Below are positions 36,680 to 50,384 of a DNA stretch of 64,000 nucleotides, one piece after another. This DNA comes from Basidiobolus meristosporus CBS 931.73 (taxonomy: Eukaryota; Fungi; Basidiobolomycota). The stretch's first letter is position 1. Each line of letters starts with the position of its first letter. The notes beneath the pieces are model-generated. The model was given only the letters and a program-made list of their open reading frames with translations. It had not been told where the DNA came from and did no database searches. The stretch lies in the NCBI GenBank assembly GCA_002104905.1, contig MCFE01000247.1:50986-114985 (forward strand). The letters run 5' to 3'. Made by a program: the position numbers and the translations under genes.

Positions 36680-39206
36680 ATGGCACCCGCTGCTAAATCC
36701 TCCCCCACAGCCAAGGCTGATGGCCCACCTCCCAAAAAATCCAGAAGACAGTCGAACACGAAGCCGAAGAATCCCAAGTCAGCCGCCGACAAAGTTCTGA
36801 CAAAGCAGGAGGAGGAGGCTATGAGCGATGCGTACATCGCGAAGCTTATGCAACAGGAGAACGCTTGTTTAATGAATTATTACGATGAATATAGCAACCA
36901 GGCCTACTTCAATGAGCCAGCGGCAGCAGACGATTCTTTCGAAGACGATGATGATTATTACACCCCCAATAGAGAGAATAAGACAAGAAAACGAGGTATA
37001 TACCGGTTTTATTGCCCCGTCCGTTCACTTACATCCCAACCATTCAACCACGTGGGTCTAAGATTCTAACCAACTATCCTGTATGCTCCATCCAGCTGCG
37101 CCACGATCGCAAAAGAAGAAAGAGAAGACCGAGGATGACACATCGAAATCCGACACATCTAAGGATGATATCAATGGTGAGGCCAAAGAAGAGTCCGCAC
37201 CTCCTCCAAAGTCAAAGAAGAAGACCGAAAAGCTACCTGATGGGTTTAACACCGGCCCGTACACAGACGAGGAGGAGAAGCTCTTTTTGTCCGGCCTTGA
37301 GCTCCATGGTCGCGAATGGAAAAAGGTTAGGGTCACATTCACTTGACAATCATGATCCACAGTTGTCGTATTCACCTCCATTCAACCAGCTTGTTGAACA
37401 CATGGGAACTCGAAATGCCGAATCCATCAGAAGCCATGCACAGAAGCACTTCATCAAGTTGTATAGAGATGGCCTCGCACTTCCTCTTAAAGTACGGATC
37501 CTCGCACTATTACTGACCTTGTAGCTAGCCCTGACCCTATACTTCACAGGTTCAGGAATCTGGGAACGGATACACATTGTCCGGGAAAGAGCTCGACCCC
37601 AACTCTGCAGCAGCCAGACCTTACTTGTCTAGATTACCCGACAATGCAGCTGTCAAGGCGAACCAGACTCCTAACCCTGAGAAATCTGAAGCCGACGGAG
37701 TCCCAGGCTCCAATGAATCACCTATCAAATCTCCGGAGAAGAAGAAGCCCAGGATAGAAAAGAAAAGGTTCGTGGTTGCACGTAATAGGGGCAGGAGAGC
37801 TCTTAACTGACGTGATTGATCAGCATTGTCAAGAAACCTCGTGAGCCTCCTAAAGATCTCGACAATATACCGCTTGAAGAAAGAGAGGCGTACACCAACA
37901 GTGGACGGACCAACTATTCGAAGCATAAGCTTCGCAGAACAAGGCCCTCCCTGAATTTCTCGCAAATCACCGGGGACGCGTAAGTGACTACTCACAGCTC
38001 ATTTCTCCACGACTGTATCGTAACTGTTTACAGAGACCCGCTCACCATGCTGAAATGTGAGCATTTCTGCGGCCAACCAGGATCCGGGACGAGAGGAGCA
38101 CAACCCTTTTCCATCAACGTCGACTCGAATGTGCTGGTCGGAATGGATTTCCATGCTCACCTGATGACTACGGAGATCATTGGATTTCTAGCGGGGCAGT
38201 GGGATCGCGAGAAGAAACTGCTTGCGGTGAACGCGGTGTTTCCATGTCGCTCTCTCCAGACCGGACAGAATCATGTGAACGTTGAGATGGACCCTACGTC
38301 GGAATGCGAGGTTCGCCAGGCGATCAAAGACCGGGATATGCAAGTCGTTGGGTGGTACCACTCGCATCCAACTTTTGCCCCTGACCCCTCACTGGTGGAT
38401 ATGGAAAATCAGCGAAACTACCAGCATCTCTTCCGACACGAGGGCTCAGATGATGAACCCTTTGTAGGGGCCATCGTTGGTAAATAACGCAAGATATCTC
38501 GCCAGTGTAACATTATCATGAGACACTAAAATACCATGTATATCCTAGGCCCGTATGACCCAAGGCTTCCCGGATACTCCTCGGTCATCAATTGGTTCTA
38601 CTCCAGCACCTATGCTGACGAGCGAGGCCATCCGAAAAGACTGATTTTCGACTTGGTGGAGAACTCGGAGCTCCCCTCGGCTCAAGCCGATGAATGGGTA
38701 ACACAATCAACCCAATTCCTGATTTGTGGCAGCACCAATTTACTAATCTACACGAACCAAACCACCCCCAGCTCAAACTCACAAACGAATACCAGGAATC
38801 TCCGGAAAAGGTCTGTTTATCAGATTCCTGGCGACCTGGCCATCCCGAAACGAAGCTAGACAAGATGTTGGGCTCATTGGCTGGCCGGATGCCTTGGCTT
38901 CGCATCGAATCAGGCACAGACTCAGCCACCGAGACCAGCGCAGAAAACCCGGTGGATCCAGCAGGAAACTTACCAGATCAAAGCAATGGCACTGCGAGTG
39001 AATCTTTGATTGCCAATGAGGACACCGCTCCAGCTGCAGAGACCGACGGTGTATCACCACCTGACGATAACCAAGAGCAGAGTGAGCCAGCGGCAGAAAT
39101 TCCCGAGAATAGCCCACTCGAGGCTCAGTATCCAGCGATTGATCTCGAGAAACAGCAGAACGACTATTTCTTGGGTAAAATCAAAGATCTGCTGCAAGCC
39201 TGGTAA
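36680..39206 (+). CDS. Myb/SANT plus MPN(JAMM) deubiquitinase, MYSM1-like, multi-exon
   Basis: SANT: YTDEEEKLFLSGLELHGREWKK...GTRNAESIRSHAQKHF. MPN+: MDFHAHLMTTEIIGFL...VGWYHSHPTFAPDPSLVD. Confidence 0.8.
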
Positions 39207-40048
39207 CCCCGGCGTTTAGTTAGTGCGACACCACCAAGCTCACTCTACCTATTATAATTAGAGGAGGTTTTTGTAATATATTTCAGATTGCCAGCGTCTG
39301 GATAATATCCACATTCATCGATCGAGGCAAATACGAGGCAAACCTCACCACACGCAATTTATTAAAGAGGACACAGTGCTATGCTTCCCCATGGGATGTT
39401 TTTCTGGCCATGTTGGGCTTGTGGTTTCTTTATCCAGAAGCATGCCCCCAATCGGTCTGGGTGGGATATGGTGTTCAAGCCATGGCAACCGCAACCGCAT
39501 GCCCAGATAATGCATGATCAATCAGGAGATATTGGCGGTTGCGAGCGGTCTGCTGTAATAAGACCAAATGTCGGCGTATGACTTCCCGGTCAATATCACT
39601 TTGTATATAAACAACCCTCTCGGTTCCTAATTTGGCAGCATGCGATGACCTTGAGATGGTCAGAGGAATTAGGTTTTATTGTGCAGTGGGCGGCCGAGCC
39701 AATCGCAGCCAAGTCCCCCTCTAGCGCTAAATCACTGTCTCCATATGGAGCCAATGATACAATCTCTTGGGGCACGTGTTTTCGAGAAACTAGGGAATAG
39801 TATCACTTGATACGTTTGAGAATTTGTAAAATTGCCTGATCCAATGGGCGGCCATGGCGAATTCACGTTCAGTTAGATAGCAGCATTCGCAATGCGGTAA
39901 GGATTACCGTAGCACGATCTTAAAGGAGGATAAAGTGATAGAACTTCCTAAAACATACGCGACCTGAGTAATTGGCCCATCATGGTGAGGGTTCGAGTGG
40001 GTTTAAAAGGAGGCTGCCCGGGACTGAGCCGACCATTTCATCTCGAGT

Positions 40049-41961
40049 ATGCATATTTGGCCCTCACTTCTGACTGCTTTCGTTGTCACAACGAGTTATG
40101 TGGACGCGTTTGGTAAAAAGTGTGGTGGCGATGTTAAAATGAATCTGAACCCTCCGGACTTTCACATCAACAGGTGGAAGAAAAAGACCGAAGTCCCGGA
40201 GAACTTGAAGGTGGCGTTCCTCGGAGATCAAGGTCTGGGGAGAAAGGCCACGCACGTCCTAAAGATGATCAAGAAATGGGGCGCCAAAGGAGCCGTGCAT
40301 CTGGGCGACTTCGACTATAAAGACAAGCCACTCAAATGGACTCAGCAGCTGGACGACGTCTTGGGTCCAGACTTCCCATACTTCGCGGTGGTTGGAAACC
40401 ATGATATATTGCGCTGGTCTGATCAGTGGGGCTATGGCCATTACCTGATGGACAGGCTTCACCGCACCAAGGCCATGAAGCATTGTCGTGGCGAATTGGG
40501 TGTCAACATGGAGTGTTACTGGAATGGATTGGTAGGTGATCTACAGTTGCTTGATTGGGTGGTTTCCCGCAATCTAATCCTCTGACTAGCATATCATTCT
40601 CTCTGGTGTGGGAACCATGGGCACTGGTCATGTCGATTACACCGAAGACGCATTTCTATCTAGTCCGGCGGTCTGGCGACTCTGTGCCTGGCACAAAAAC
40701 CAACGCCTTCTTCAAACTGGTAGGCACCATTTAGAACAATCACGCCATCTCTGTCGGTATTAACGTGGAACCCAGGGGCGAAGCAGGATGAAACCGGATA
40801 CGCGATCTATGAGATGTGTAGAAAGTACGGAGCCATGGTGTTAACAGGTAGGCGGAGGTTGAATCCATCTCCACAGCACGGGTGTCTAATCCACTTCGTA
40901 GGCCACGTTCACAGCTATTCCAGAACCCATCTGATGAGCGACTTTTCCAAGCAAACGATTTCGGATAAAAACAATACGCTGCACCTACGACCTGGACACT
41001 CCTTCGTCACCGTGTCTGGGATGGGAGGAAAATCCATCGACAGCTGGATAAACAGTGCCGAGAAAAATGAATGGTGGGCCGCCGCTGCCAGCAAATCGGT
41101 GAGTTCTCAATGGCCAGTGCGGTGTTTCATGCAGCCATCCTTACTAAGCCAATCTTTTCACAGAACGGAGCCAATTACGGGGCACTTCTATGCACCTTCC
41201 ATATCAACGGAATGCCTAACCATGCCCATTGTGAATTCCGCGATATCGATGATAAAGTTTGGGACAGCTTTGATATCATCTCCGACGTCCAGAGCAAAGA
41301 GTCTCCGGACAGCCTGTTGCTTTCGCAAGAGCAAAACAAGGATGAGCTCAATTTCGACACTCTTAGCTGTCAGAAGGAGGAGTTTCTGGAATTTGCACTG
41401 GAAAATGCTGAGGACATCATCTCCGAACATTTGACCAGTGGCGATCAAGTATGTGGAAGCCGACACCTAAACCTTGCGGTGAACCACAACCAAATCAACA
41501 ATCAGATTTTGCAAGGCCTTCGATTTGATCAGGTTGGTCTCTCAAAGGAGGATAAGATCGTCAAAGCGTACCTTCAGGTGCTTGCAAGCGATAAAAACGC
41601 CGACAGCGAACGAGTGATAACCATTGATATTCGTGGGGAGAAAACCCCGAACTCCAGTTCATTTGCATGTGGCTCCTCCGACAAGACAGCCAGCTCTCGC
41701 ACACTCACCCAATCAACAGTCCAATGGGTGAATGAAGACGAGGATACATTTGAGAACGGGGAGGTGTGGATTTCCCCAGATATCAAGGATGTCATTGAGG
41801 AGATTGTGAGCCAACCCGATTGGATGCCAAACAATGCGCTTACGCTCTTTTTGAATGGAACCATCTTGAATGCCGTGGAGGACAGTTTGTATGGCTTCGG
41901 CTGGGCTAAATCCGGCTGCTTCTCACCAACACTCGTCGTAGAAAGGGAGCTCAATTGCTAG
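40049..41961 (+). CDS. Secreted calcineurin-like metallophosphoesterase with an additional C-terminal domain, spliced
   Basis: Signal peptide. Metal motifs GDQG, HLGDFDY, GNHD, WH and GHVHSYSR. C-terminal GLRFDQV...AYLQ...SPDIKDVIEEIVSQPDW...NAL domain. Confidence 0.8.
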
Positions 41962-43507
41962 AATTAAGATATCTTAGTAGAATAACCTGCATATGTTCCA
42001 TAGTCAATTGTATCATATATAGTAATAACTGCATCATTCATTCCAATAAATTCAGTAACTCATCAGTCCCAAAGTTCAGTAGGAGCCCATGATTCTTGAT
42101 TGTGTTACGAAGAATCTAGTGATCGATTGCAATATTACACTTGGATAATTTGTTCAACATTTACCAAGTCTTCAGGATTGTGAGTACCCTGAGAAGATTG
42201 AAAACCCTGAAGGGTCCAAAAGGTATCAAACCCCTCGGACATACCTTCCATGACCACTCACCAAGTATTCCTATCTACTTTTGCAAAGCAGCACCAAAAG
42301 CATCGGCTTTATAATACCACTATAACACACAAGTATATCACACATCTTTGTGTCTTTCAAGCTCTTGCAGCTAAATAGCATGGCACTTGAATTGTTTAAA
42401 CACCATATACTCATATAACATACGCAGCTAGAATCTCAAATGTTCACTTGGGATTTAACACATGAGACGTTTGTTAATACATTGAATTATCAAAGCCCTT
42501 TGACTTGCCCAAATGATGAAACAATGCACTCAGTGGCATTACTGCCTTCCAACAGGCCTTAGAAGCCTAGTTTGCAAATCTAATACCAAAGTTATACATA
42601 CCTTATTTTGACACTCAAGGTCATTACGTAAAACTGTTGAAAGTGGCAGCAGGGACCTGACAGTGGCTGGGACTATTTAGAAGGAAGGACAGCTTTCACT
42701 TAATGATTAATTGAGCTGAGCTACAGTATCTATGCAATTGTATGAAGATTACAAAGAATATGACAATTACTTTGAGAAAACTCTCCAGAGTGTGCTTGTA
42801 ATGGTTTGACCCTAGGAGGGTTGTTTGGATTAACCTCACACAATATTTATTAACTCTCAGAGATAGTGCAAGCACTCCCTTTGGAAATTTCATACTTGTA
42901 ATTTATCTGATAATTAGCCAGTATTCTGCTGGTACACTCATGATATTTTGCTGGCATTCAGCTGGTGTTTTGCCTTCAAATTCTGAGCTGTACTGATGGA
43001 TGCAACAAGTAGCTGATTACCAAATCTGGTATAAATGCCAGCTAGCTTAGTCTCCTTTAACAAAATATGTCTGCTTGTCTGCCAAATAGCTAGTACTTGA
43101 GATACTGAGAGTTGTAAGCTTAGGGAAACTTGAGACTCAGCCAATATCACACTGGTACTCTGTTAGCCTTTAGTTAATTTATCTCTTAGTCATTGTTTAT
43201 TACCCAAAGAGTTAAAATCTGATAGTATTGATCCCATAATTATCAAAGTATGTCTCTTGGCTAGCTTACTACCTATACCACTTCAAAGCTTCCCTCTGTG
43301 TCATTACCATTGTTTCTAGATTAATTCTGATGATTAAGTTTACTAGACCTTCCACTCCTTATTCCACTGCTTTCTATTATCAGTTAGCAGTTAGCTGTCA
43401 CTGGAATGAATCAAAGGCACATTGCTATTCTTGATACAAAAAACTCAAGGCTACTATGTTTCTAGATGAGAGTGCAATTTTATATTACAACTGACCTCTG
43501 TCCTGGT

Positions 43508-43839
43508 TGTTGTAAAAACTCATAATTCTACCTAAATATTCACCTAACTTAGTCACTTAGATCATTACCTTCAAATCCTAGAGAATACTGACCAAAATCC
43601 TTATTGGGATTTACTTAGAATATTTACCCAGAACATGAAAATTCTCAAAGTTGTCCAAACAGCGCTAAACTTGGCACACATGTTCTCGGGACCTTCTTAA
43701 ACCTATTTTACATGTTACTTATGCCAAGATCATGTAAAAGTATAAATACTACTTTTACATTCAATAAATCATTAAGTGAAAACCACATAATCTACTTGTT
43801 GTCCCAATCATTTCCAATATCTCCAAGACCCTTACAACA
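43508..43839 (+). mobile_element. Solo LTR of the copia family
   Basis: TGTTGTAAAA...TTACAACA, flanked by CTGGT / CTAGT (5-bp TSD with one mismatch). Confidence 0.85.
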
Positions 43840-45076
43840 CTAGTTGCCCTTGGTAGATGTCTGCAATAGATATTAGTGTAAGGCCATATATTTGATAATA
43901 TTCAACTTGCAATAAACTTCCAACTCTCAAAAAAAAATCTATGTTAGATACATATTCTCTGGCTATGAATGGGGTGAATTAGAGTCATCATACCAAGCAA
44001 ATGTTGCAAGGGCTTCACATACAAGTCTTAAGTTGAAGCATTCCCTTAGGACATTTTGGTTGATTTTCAATAGCCAAACACCATATCGCTTGTCTACTGT
44101 AATTCCACATATTGATTACAATCATGGAAATTAATTTCAACTTGTAAAACATTCCCAAAGACGTATTCATTAATTATTTAGCAATATTAAAAATTTCCAT
44201 CCAAATCACTTGAAAAAGACTCAACAGAAAGAGTAAAAACTTTTCGGCAGCTATCAAAGATCATTTAATCTAGCATTCTTCCCATCGTGAATGTAGCTCT
44301 GACAGATTACCACGAAACAGGGAAAAGCCATGTTTCAAACTAAGCGGTGCCAAAAGAATTGGAACACCATATCTGATGTATTGAATGATATGGAGGAGTA
44401 TTGTAAGACTCATGCACGAATGTAATGCACCATGAATTGCAACTGTGAAGTTCACACACTTTAACCTATAGGGTAATCTTATCGTAATAAACGAATAAAC
44501 GAATAAACGACCATTACAAAACAGGTATTCTTGATCAGTACTGATACCAGAGCATTGGAAAACATCTACAGATCACATTCCCTGATATGACCAGGGAGAA
44601 GTGATTCCCTCGATCTTCGATTAGAATATCACATCAAAGTTCCGGATCTAGCTATAAATCGCCAAACTTAAAGAGCACCAGTCAAATGAACACGTGTTGT
44701 GGTGATTGGCTGAAGCTTATTTCCTCTAAAGAACCTTATCTCGTGATTATCCATAAATGGAAGGATCACGGGAATCCGCCTCGTCGTGGCCATTGCCAAA
44801 AAAGACCCAATCCACACGGCATTTAGAAGATTGGCGAGCGGGTCAGAATTTCCATGGAAAAGACAGCGTCCAATGACCAAACTGCCAAGCAGAGAGATTT
44901 TTCCTCCATGATAGAATGGACTAGTATGGGTGTTTTGGGATACACAGCCAGAGTATTGCTACTTTGGTTTTATTTCTGATACTTCAAAGATTAATGTGTA
45001 ACAAACAGTCGCATTACAATTATAATGAAGGGTAAATACAATGGGGATATACTGTACAATGGATGCTAGCGGGCTC

Positions 45077-47480
45077 TTAGAAGCCGAATCCGGCCATAAT
45101 ACCATAGCCAAGTGTAAACACGAGAACGGTGCAGATGATACTTGTAGGTATACCGGTGATGATGAAGTCCTTCGTGGTCAGGTAAGGTTTGCCAAGTGGA
45201 TTCTCCATCATGACCGCAGACATATTGGGATATCCTGATACGGGCAATCCCATACCGGCAGAGCATGCCAACCCGGCCCCCATGACAAGGAGATTTGGAT
45301 GGGGGACGGGGAGGTTTTGCCCAACCTCCCGTACAATGGGGACAATAATCAATGCAGCAACAGTGTGTGACACAAAGGTGGCGAAGACAAGGATCAGGAA
45401 TGAGAAAATGGCCAAGATGGCAATCACCTCGAGGTTCTGGATGCCATCTTTGATCTGAAGCGCAATGTCTTGGAGCAGGCCAGACGAGGTGACCGCGTTA
45501 CCGAGCGCCATACCTCCCTGAGCCAGAACCACCACCGACCAAAGGAAGTTGTTCAGATCGTCCTTATTGAGGATGCCAGTTCCGAAAAACATGAAGAGAG
45601 GGATGGCGGCAATGATACCAGTGTCGCCTATGTGGGCCTCCATGGAGCTCTCGGCGCACCACAGGCCAATGGTCAGGATGGTGATGAACATCACATACAT
45701 CTGTGTCCAGTTGGCCTTGCCCTTGGTTGGCTTGATGGTGTTCAAATGTGGACTGGCGCGGTCTGGCCGATAAACAAGAAGAAGGATGGCCCATGCCACG
45801 AAGACCGAGATGATGGAGATTGGCAGGGCAACGCCGAACCATTTGCCCCAACCAGGATTGGGCTGCATATACTGGATGGTGACAATGTTCTGAGGGGACG
45901 AGATGGGCGAGGTCATACCTCCGATACAACTGGCGAGTGCAATACCGAGCAGCAAGCATTGGGCCACTGGGGAGTCATCCGCCAGGGTACGCAGGATAGG
46001 ATCGATCAAAGAGAAACACAGAACGGGTGTGGCCACGTTGGAGATCCACATACTCAAGAAAACGGCGACAAGCATGATGGCCAATAAAACCCAGCGTGGG
46101 CGGGTCCCTGCACGTGAGAGGACATGTGAGGCAAATGCTTTGGCAATCCCGTACTTGGAAAGGGCGGCGGCGAGCGCAAACCCACCAAGAAGCATCATGA
46201 TGGTCCCGCTGAACATAGACTGAAAGACAGCCTTCGAAGCAGCCTTAGCCGGCATTTCGGACCCGTCGGGATTGCGAAGAATCCCGAGAGGAACAATGAG
46301 GAAAGGGATCATAAGGGAGGTGGCATAAATGGGGATTGCCTCTGTAGCCCACATGATAGCGGCGAAGATCAAAAGAGCAAAGCAATAGTTTTCTTGACGG
46401 TTGCCAAAGCAATCTACGTTGAGTAGGATGATCAGGGCGGCAATGGCAATCGAAAAGCAGATGATTTGTCGGAAGAGTTCCTTATTGATGCGGTACTTGG
46501 TGAATGGAATCTTCACAGTTGGGACGGCCTTATCTTTAACGTGGGCATCGTTGATACGACGCTCCTGGCCGACCATGTCCTTCCACACAGTGTTCCGGTC
46601 AAAAGTCACTTGGTCACGAAGGTGAGATTTCATCTGGCGAACGGCCATCTGATGGTTGCCATAGCACAATGCATCGGCGTATAGGCGCTCTACACGCTCG
46701 ATTTGCTCCCGTAGGATCTCGACTGTTCTGGGAGTGAAAGGGTGCGAATCAAGAACCATTTTGGGAAGATACTGTTCTCTTAGATTTCCATCGAGAAGTT
46801 TGTCGTACTTCTTCAGAATCTTTTGGAATGCGGTCCGGTTCAACTCAATGTACGATTCGAGTTCCGAAAGGGATACGAAAAGGTCAATGAGCTGGGAACG
46901 TAGGTCCACGAGTTGTTCAACATACACTTGGGAGTCTCGAGTAGTGTGGCGTGTTAGACGGGACTCGATGGAGATACGTGTGGTGGACGATCTGCGACGA
47001 AAATGAACCTTGCTGTGCTCCATCTCGGGTTTGGTATCTGGAATCGTTTTCTCGGAAGCATCATGAAGCTCCGATTCAAGATTCTCGAGAGGGCTGTGGG
47101 CAGATTTGTACGGGTGAGAAGCGTTCAGCGATAACCGATGGCCTTTGTGGTCGGAGGAAACGGCTCCTTCAAGCTCGTCAATGCGCAGAAAAAGCTCAGA
47201 TTCCTGCTGGGTGTAGAAGTCGAACACCTTCTCAAGTTGCATATCAAGCGCCGTTAGAAAGCGGGCTTCGGCATCCAGGCGACGCTCCTCGGTGAGGACG
47301 GGGTCATCGACGCGTTCTTTCTCAAGCTGAAAGATGATCTTTTTCAAGGCATCGTAACTATTGTGTTATTTGGTGGTTAGCAGAATGCGTCGGACACTGA
47401 TGCAGAGCATTTACTTACGCTACGTATTTGTCAATCCAGTCTGGCACCGCATTGAGCTGCAGTTGGTGCGAAAACTTCAT
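45077..47480 (-). CDS. SPX-domain low-affinity phosphate transporter (Pho87/Pho90/Pho91 family)
   Basis: MKFSHQLQLNAVPDWIDKY (SPX), ELESYIELNRTAFQKILKKYDK, and SLC13-type TM region (WATEAIP, MWISNVA, GGMTSPISSPQN, GLPVSGYPN). One intron near the N-terminus. Confidence 0.92.
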
Positions 47481-48848
47481 GTTGGATGAATGGAGGGGAG
47501 TAGATAGACAAATGAGCTGAGGCTGCTTGGGTATCTGGTTCCTTTTTAAAGGAATTTTTTTCGATGTTTCACGGGTAATAGAAAAGTCCGGATCAATTGG
47601 CATAGGTGGATGCTTATAGGTGTAACCAGTGATTGGCCCATCCACGCTGATAGCCGGCCCTTTTCCTAGTAGCTAGACGAGTGCAACTGAGCTAAGAATA
47701 GACCCCTCGTTGGCCTCCACTCCACTGAGACTTGCCCTCGCCCTCGCCCTTGGCCTTGGCCTTTCAAGCAGAACTGTTGAAATTTAATCAACCGTGTATG
47801 GAAACCATGTGTAGAGATTGAATGCAAGCCGATCATCCGATAGTGTTACGTGGAAATCAGTAACGCTGGGTGATGTATGATGGATGATGGAAATTCTATA
47901 TATGATCGTGCCTCGGAATTTCCATTTGTCAATTATGATGCGAAATGAACAACTAACCCCCCGGCCCCATCAGGTGTCGCACTTAAGGTTCTCTACCATT
48001 TGATACGTAGTATTATTTCCACCGGATTTCTACTGTATTTGCCTTCAATGATCCTCGACAGAATCATCTTCATTGGTCTTGGGTGCTCCTTATGTCAGCC
48101 CTTGAAAATTTCCTTTCCAATTGCTTGTGTAACAGATTACGTCCTCTTCGATCAGAGCACGATCCTTGTCTAATTGGGCTAATGAAAAAGACGGATTGGA
48201 ATGGTTAATGGGAAACCTTCCTTTAATTAAGACACATATACACGCTTCGTTGGGGGTCAAGTAACGTTACTCATGGTGGACCCTCTGCTTCCATAAAAGT
48301 CAATGTAATATAACTGGATTTTACTGGATTAGAGAGGTACGTGTGTTGGCGAAGGGGAAAGGCAAAACATTACCACATACTGCTTCACTTGCAACATATC
48401 CCTACCGCCAAATACACAGCTTTCAAAATCCTTTTGTTTCGTCTTGTTGCTGTTGCTGTTCCTATACTTGGATTTGAATGTTTATCTTTACACCTGGCCA
48501 CGTAACCATTAATAGCTAGGTTTGCAATTTGTTTGAAATTTTCCAAACTACCCCAATGGACATTTCAGGTGTTTTACATGGTGGCTTTGTCTTAAGTAGC
48601 TTGCTTGCTTGCTCAATCCATACTGTGAGCACCATAATAAGAATACGTACCCCATAGATTTATAAAAGCACTATCAGATATTTTTGATGGAAGCGTTCAG
48701 AGTACCATACAAAAATCAATAGTGGTTCAACTTGAACCAAACCAACAACTTCCCAAGAATGAAAAGCAGTGGCCAAGTTTAAGCAAAACATCCCATTGGC
48801 CATACAGGTCACAGTAATACTATGCTGCCTGGCTTATTAAAGCAGCAC

Positions 48849-49070
48849 AAACCTGTTGCATGATCTCTAGGGATTATTGGAAGTGATTAGGAGAACTGGA
48901 AGAATTGCATAATAATTACTTGTTGTTTTATTGAGCTCAACAAAGTACTTATACTTTCAGGGAAACTTGTAAAGATAGGAATAGGTGTATTTTAATGAAG
49001 GATCCAGGAAGCTATGTGCAAAGTTTGGGGGCTATTGGATAAGTTTGAGAATACTGATAGCTCACAGGCA
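48849..49070 (-). repeat. Highly diverged LTR fragment related to the copia LTR
   Basis: Shares ATTGGAAGTGATT.GGAGAAC and ATGTGCAAAGTTTGGGG blocks with the LTRs. Ends CAACA-GGTT on the minus strand. Confidence 0.5.
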
Positions 49071-49775
49071 TCACTAATTGAAAGAATTAGCTAATAACTT
49101 ACAAACTAAATCTTAAGTAATTCATAACTTAGCAATAAGCTAAGTAGAATCTTATGTGATGCAAGCTATACTTACAACCAAACCAACATGTGATGGTCAC
49201 AATTTTAGAAAGCTCCCAAACACTCGCTTGTATCTTCTGTTGTTGCTTTCCATTGGTTTCATATTAATTACATGAGGTATCCGGTTGAGAAGGAAACGTT
49301 ATGATTTGCATACAAAATCCAGGATGTTATAAAAATTTCCATTTACAATGACTCGGACTACCTGTTTATGGTGAATACTAGTTCCCAGCCGGTTTTTCGA
49401 AGTACAAACGATTTATAGTTCTGCTTTAAACCAGGCATAAAGAAGCTTTATCACGTTAAATACAAGAGTCAAACTGACTTGAGACCTCGATTGAGCAAAT
49501 CCAATTCTAAACGCTAAACGACATAAAACTTTGGGGGTGATCAGGTTCATTTAAGTTGTACACATCGTTTGGGCTGAATTACATCTCAACGCACAGTGTT
49601 ACTTGCTAATGACATGGCTATTCCGCTACAGTACTAGCCCGTGAGATTCCACACAGCCTCATAATGAATCTTGATGTGTATTGAAGTCAGTTGTTGCCTT
49701 CTGGAAGCCAATAGGATGACTATAGTTAAAAGCAAGACTGCAGTTTATTTACTGGCATTATGTAACTTGGAAATG

Positions 49776-50384
49776 TCAGTCTTTTTCTTGAAATCTTGCA
49801 AAGTCTGATTCGTTATATTTTTGGGACACACCACCGCTTGGATCCCATACTTGGTAGGTATTGTCGAGAACAATGACGAAGTGTTGCTTTGCGCTTAACT
49901 TGCCAATGCAAGGAAAGGTAGTTGGTTTTTTGAGAGTTCGCTTAGAATATCCTTTCCAGGTGCAATCAGCATCATTGTTAACATGGTTTTCAATATTACC
50001 TAAGCTCGGCTCAAGGTTCTTAAGGGCAAGGAGGCACAAAACAGCACAGCCATAGGTACAACACCAACAATTCACCTTGGTACCGTTTTTTGGAGTGTCT
50101 TTGGTATGGCCGCTGCATGCACCCCTGTTTTGGACGTAGCAGTCTGCGTAGTGTTTTCCCATATAGGTAAATAGAGAGTTGGTAGAAGCTTTAAATGAAG
50201 AGGGAATGTTTATGACAAGCTGCTGTGTATTTATAGCAATTTTAGTGAGGCAGAAAGTATCGTAAGCAGTTCGTGCGTAACAATATTGGTGGATTACTCT
50301 GAAGAACCTGTACCAGTTTTGTTGTAACACATGGTCTGAAGAGCATATATTGAAAACATCAGGAAGGTAAGTACTGCGGTTCAA
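49776..50384 (-). CDS. Hypothetical Cys-rich protein with a C39-like (papain-fold) peptidase signature
   Basis: 202-codon ORF (the track start is TTG, so the true start or 5' exon is uncertain). YGCAVLCLLAL...HFVIV...VWDPSGG resembles the C39 Cys/His/Asp spacing. Confidence 0.5.
   Translation of the reverse strand: MNRSTYLPDVFNICSSDHVLQQNWYRFFRVIHQYCYARTAYDTFCLTKIAINTQQLVINIPSSFKASTNSLFTYMGKHYADCYVQNRGACSGHTKDTPKNGTKVNCWCCTYGCAVLCLLALKNLEPSLGNIENHVNNDADCTWKGYSKRTLKKPTTFPCIGKLSAKQHFVIVLDNTYQVWDPSGGVSQKYNESDFARFQEKD

Noticed and set aside
42060-43500. CpG-poor, stop-riddled segment that may be a transposase relic
   Set aside because: No diagnostic DDE or other motif could be read.
44487-44510. 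(AATAAACG)x3 microrepeat
   Set aside because: Too short to be informative.
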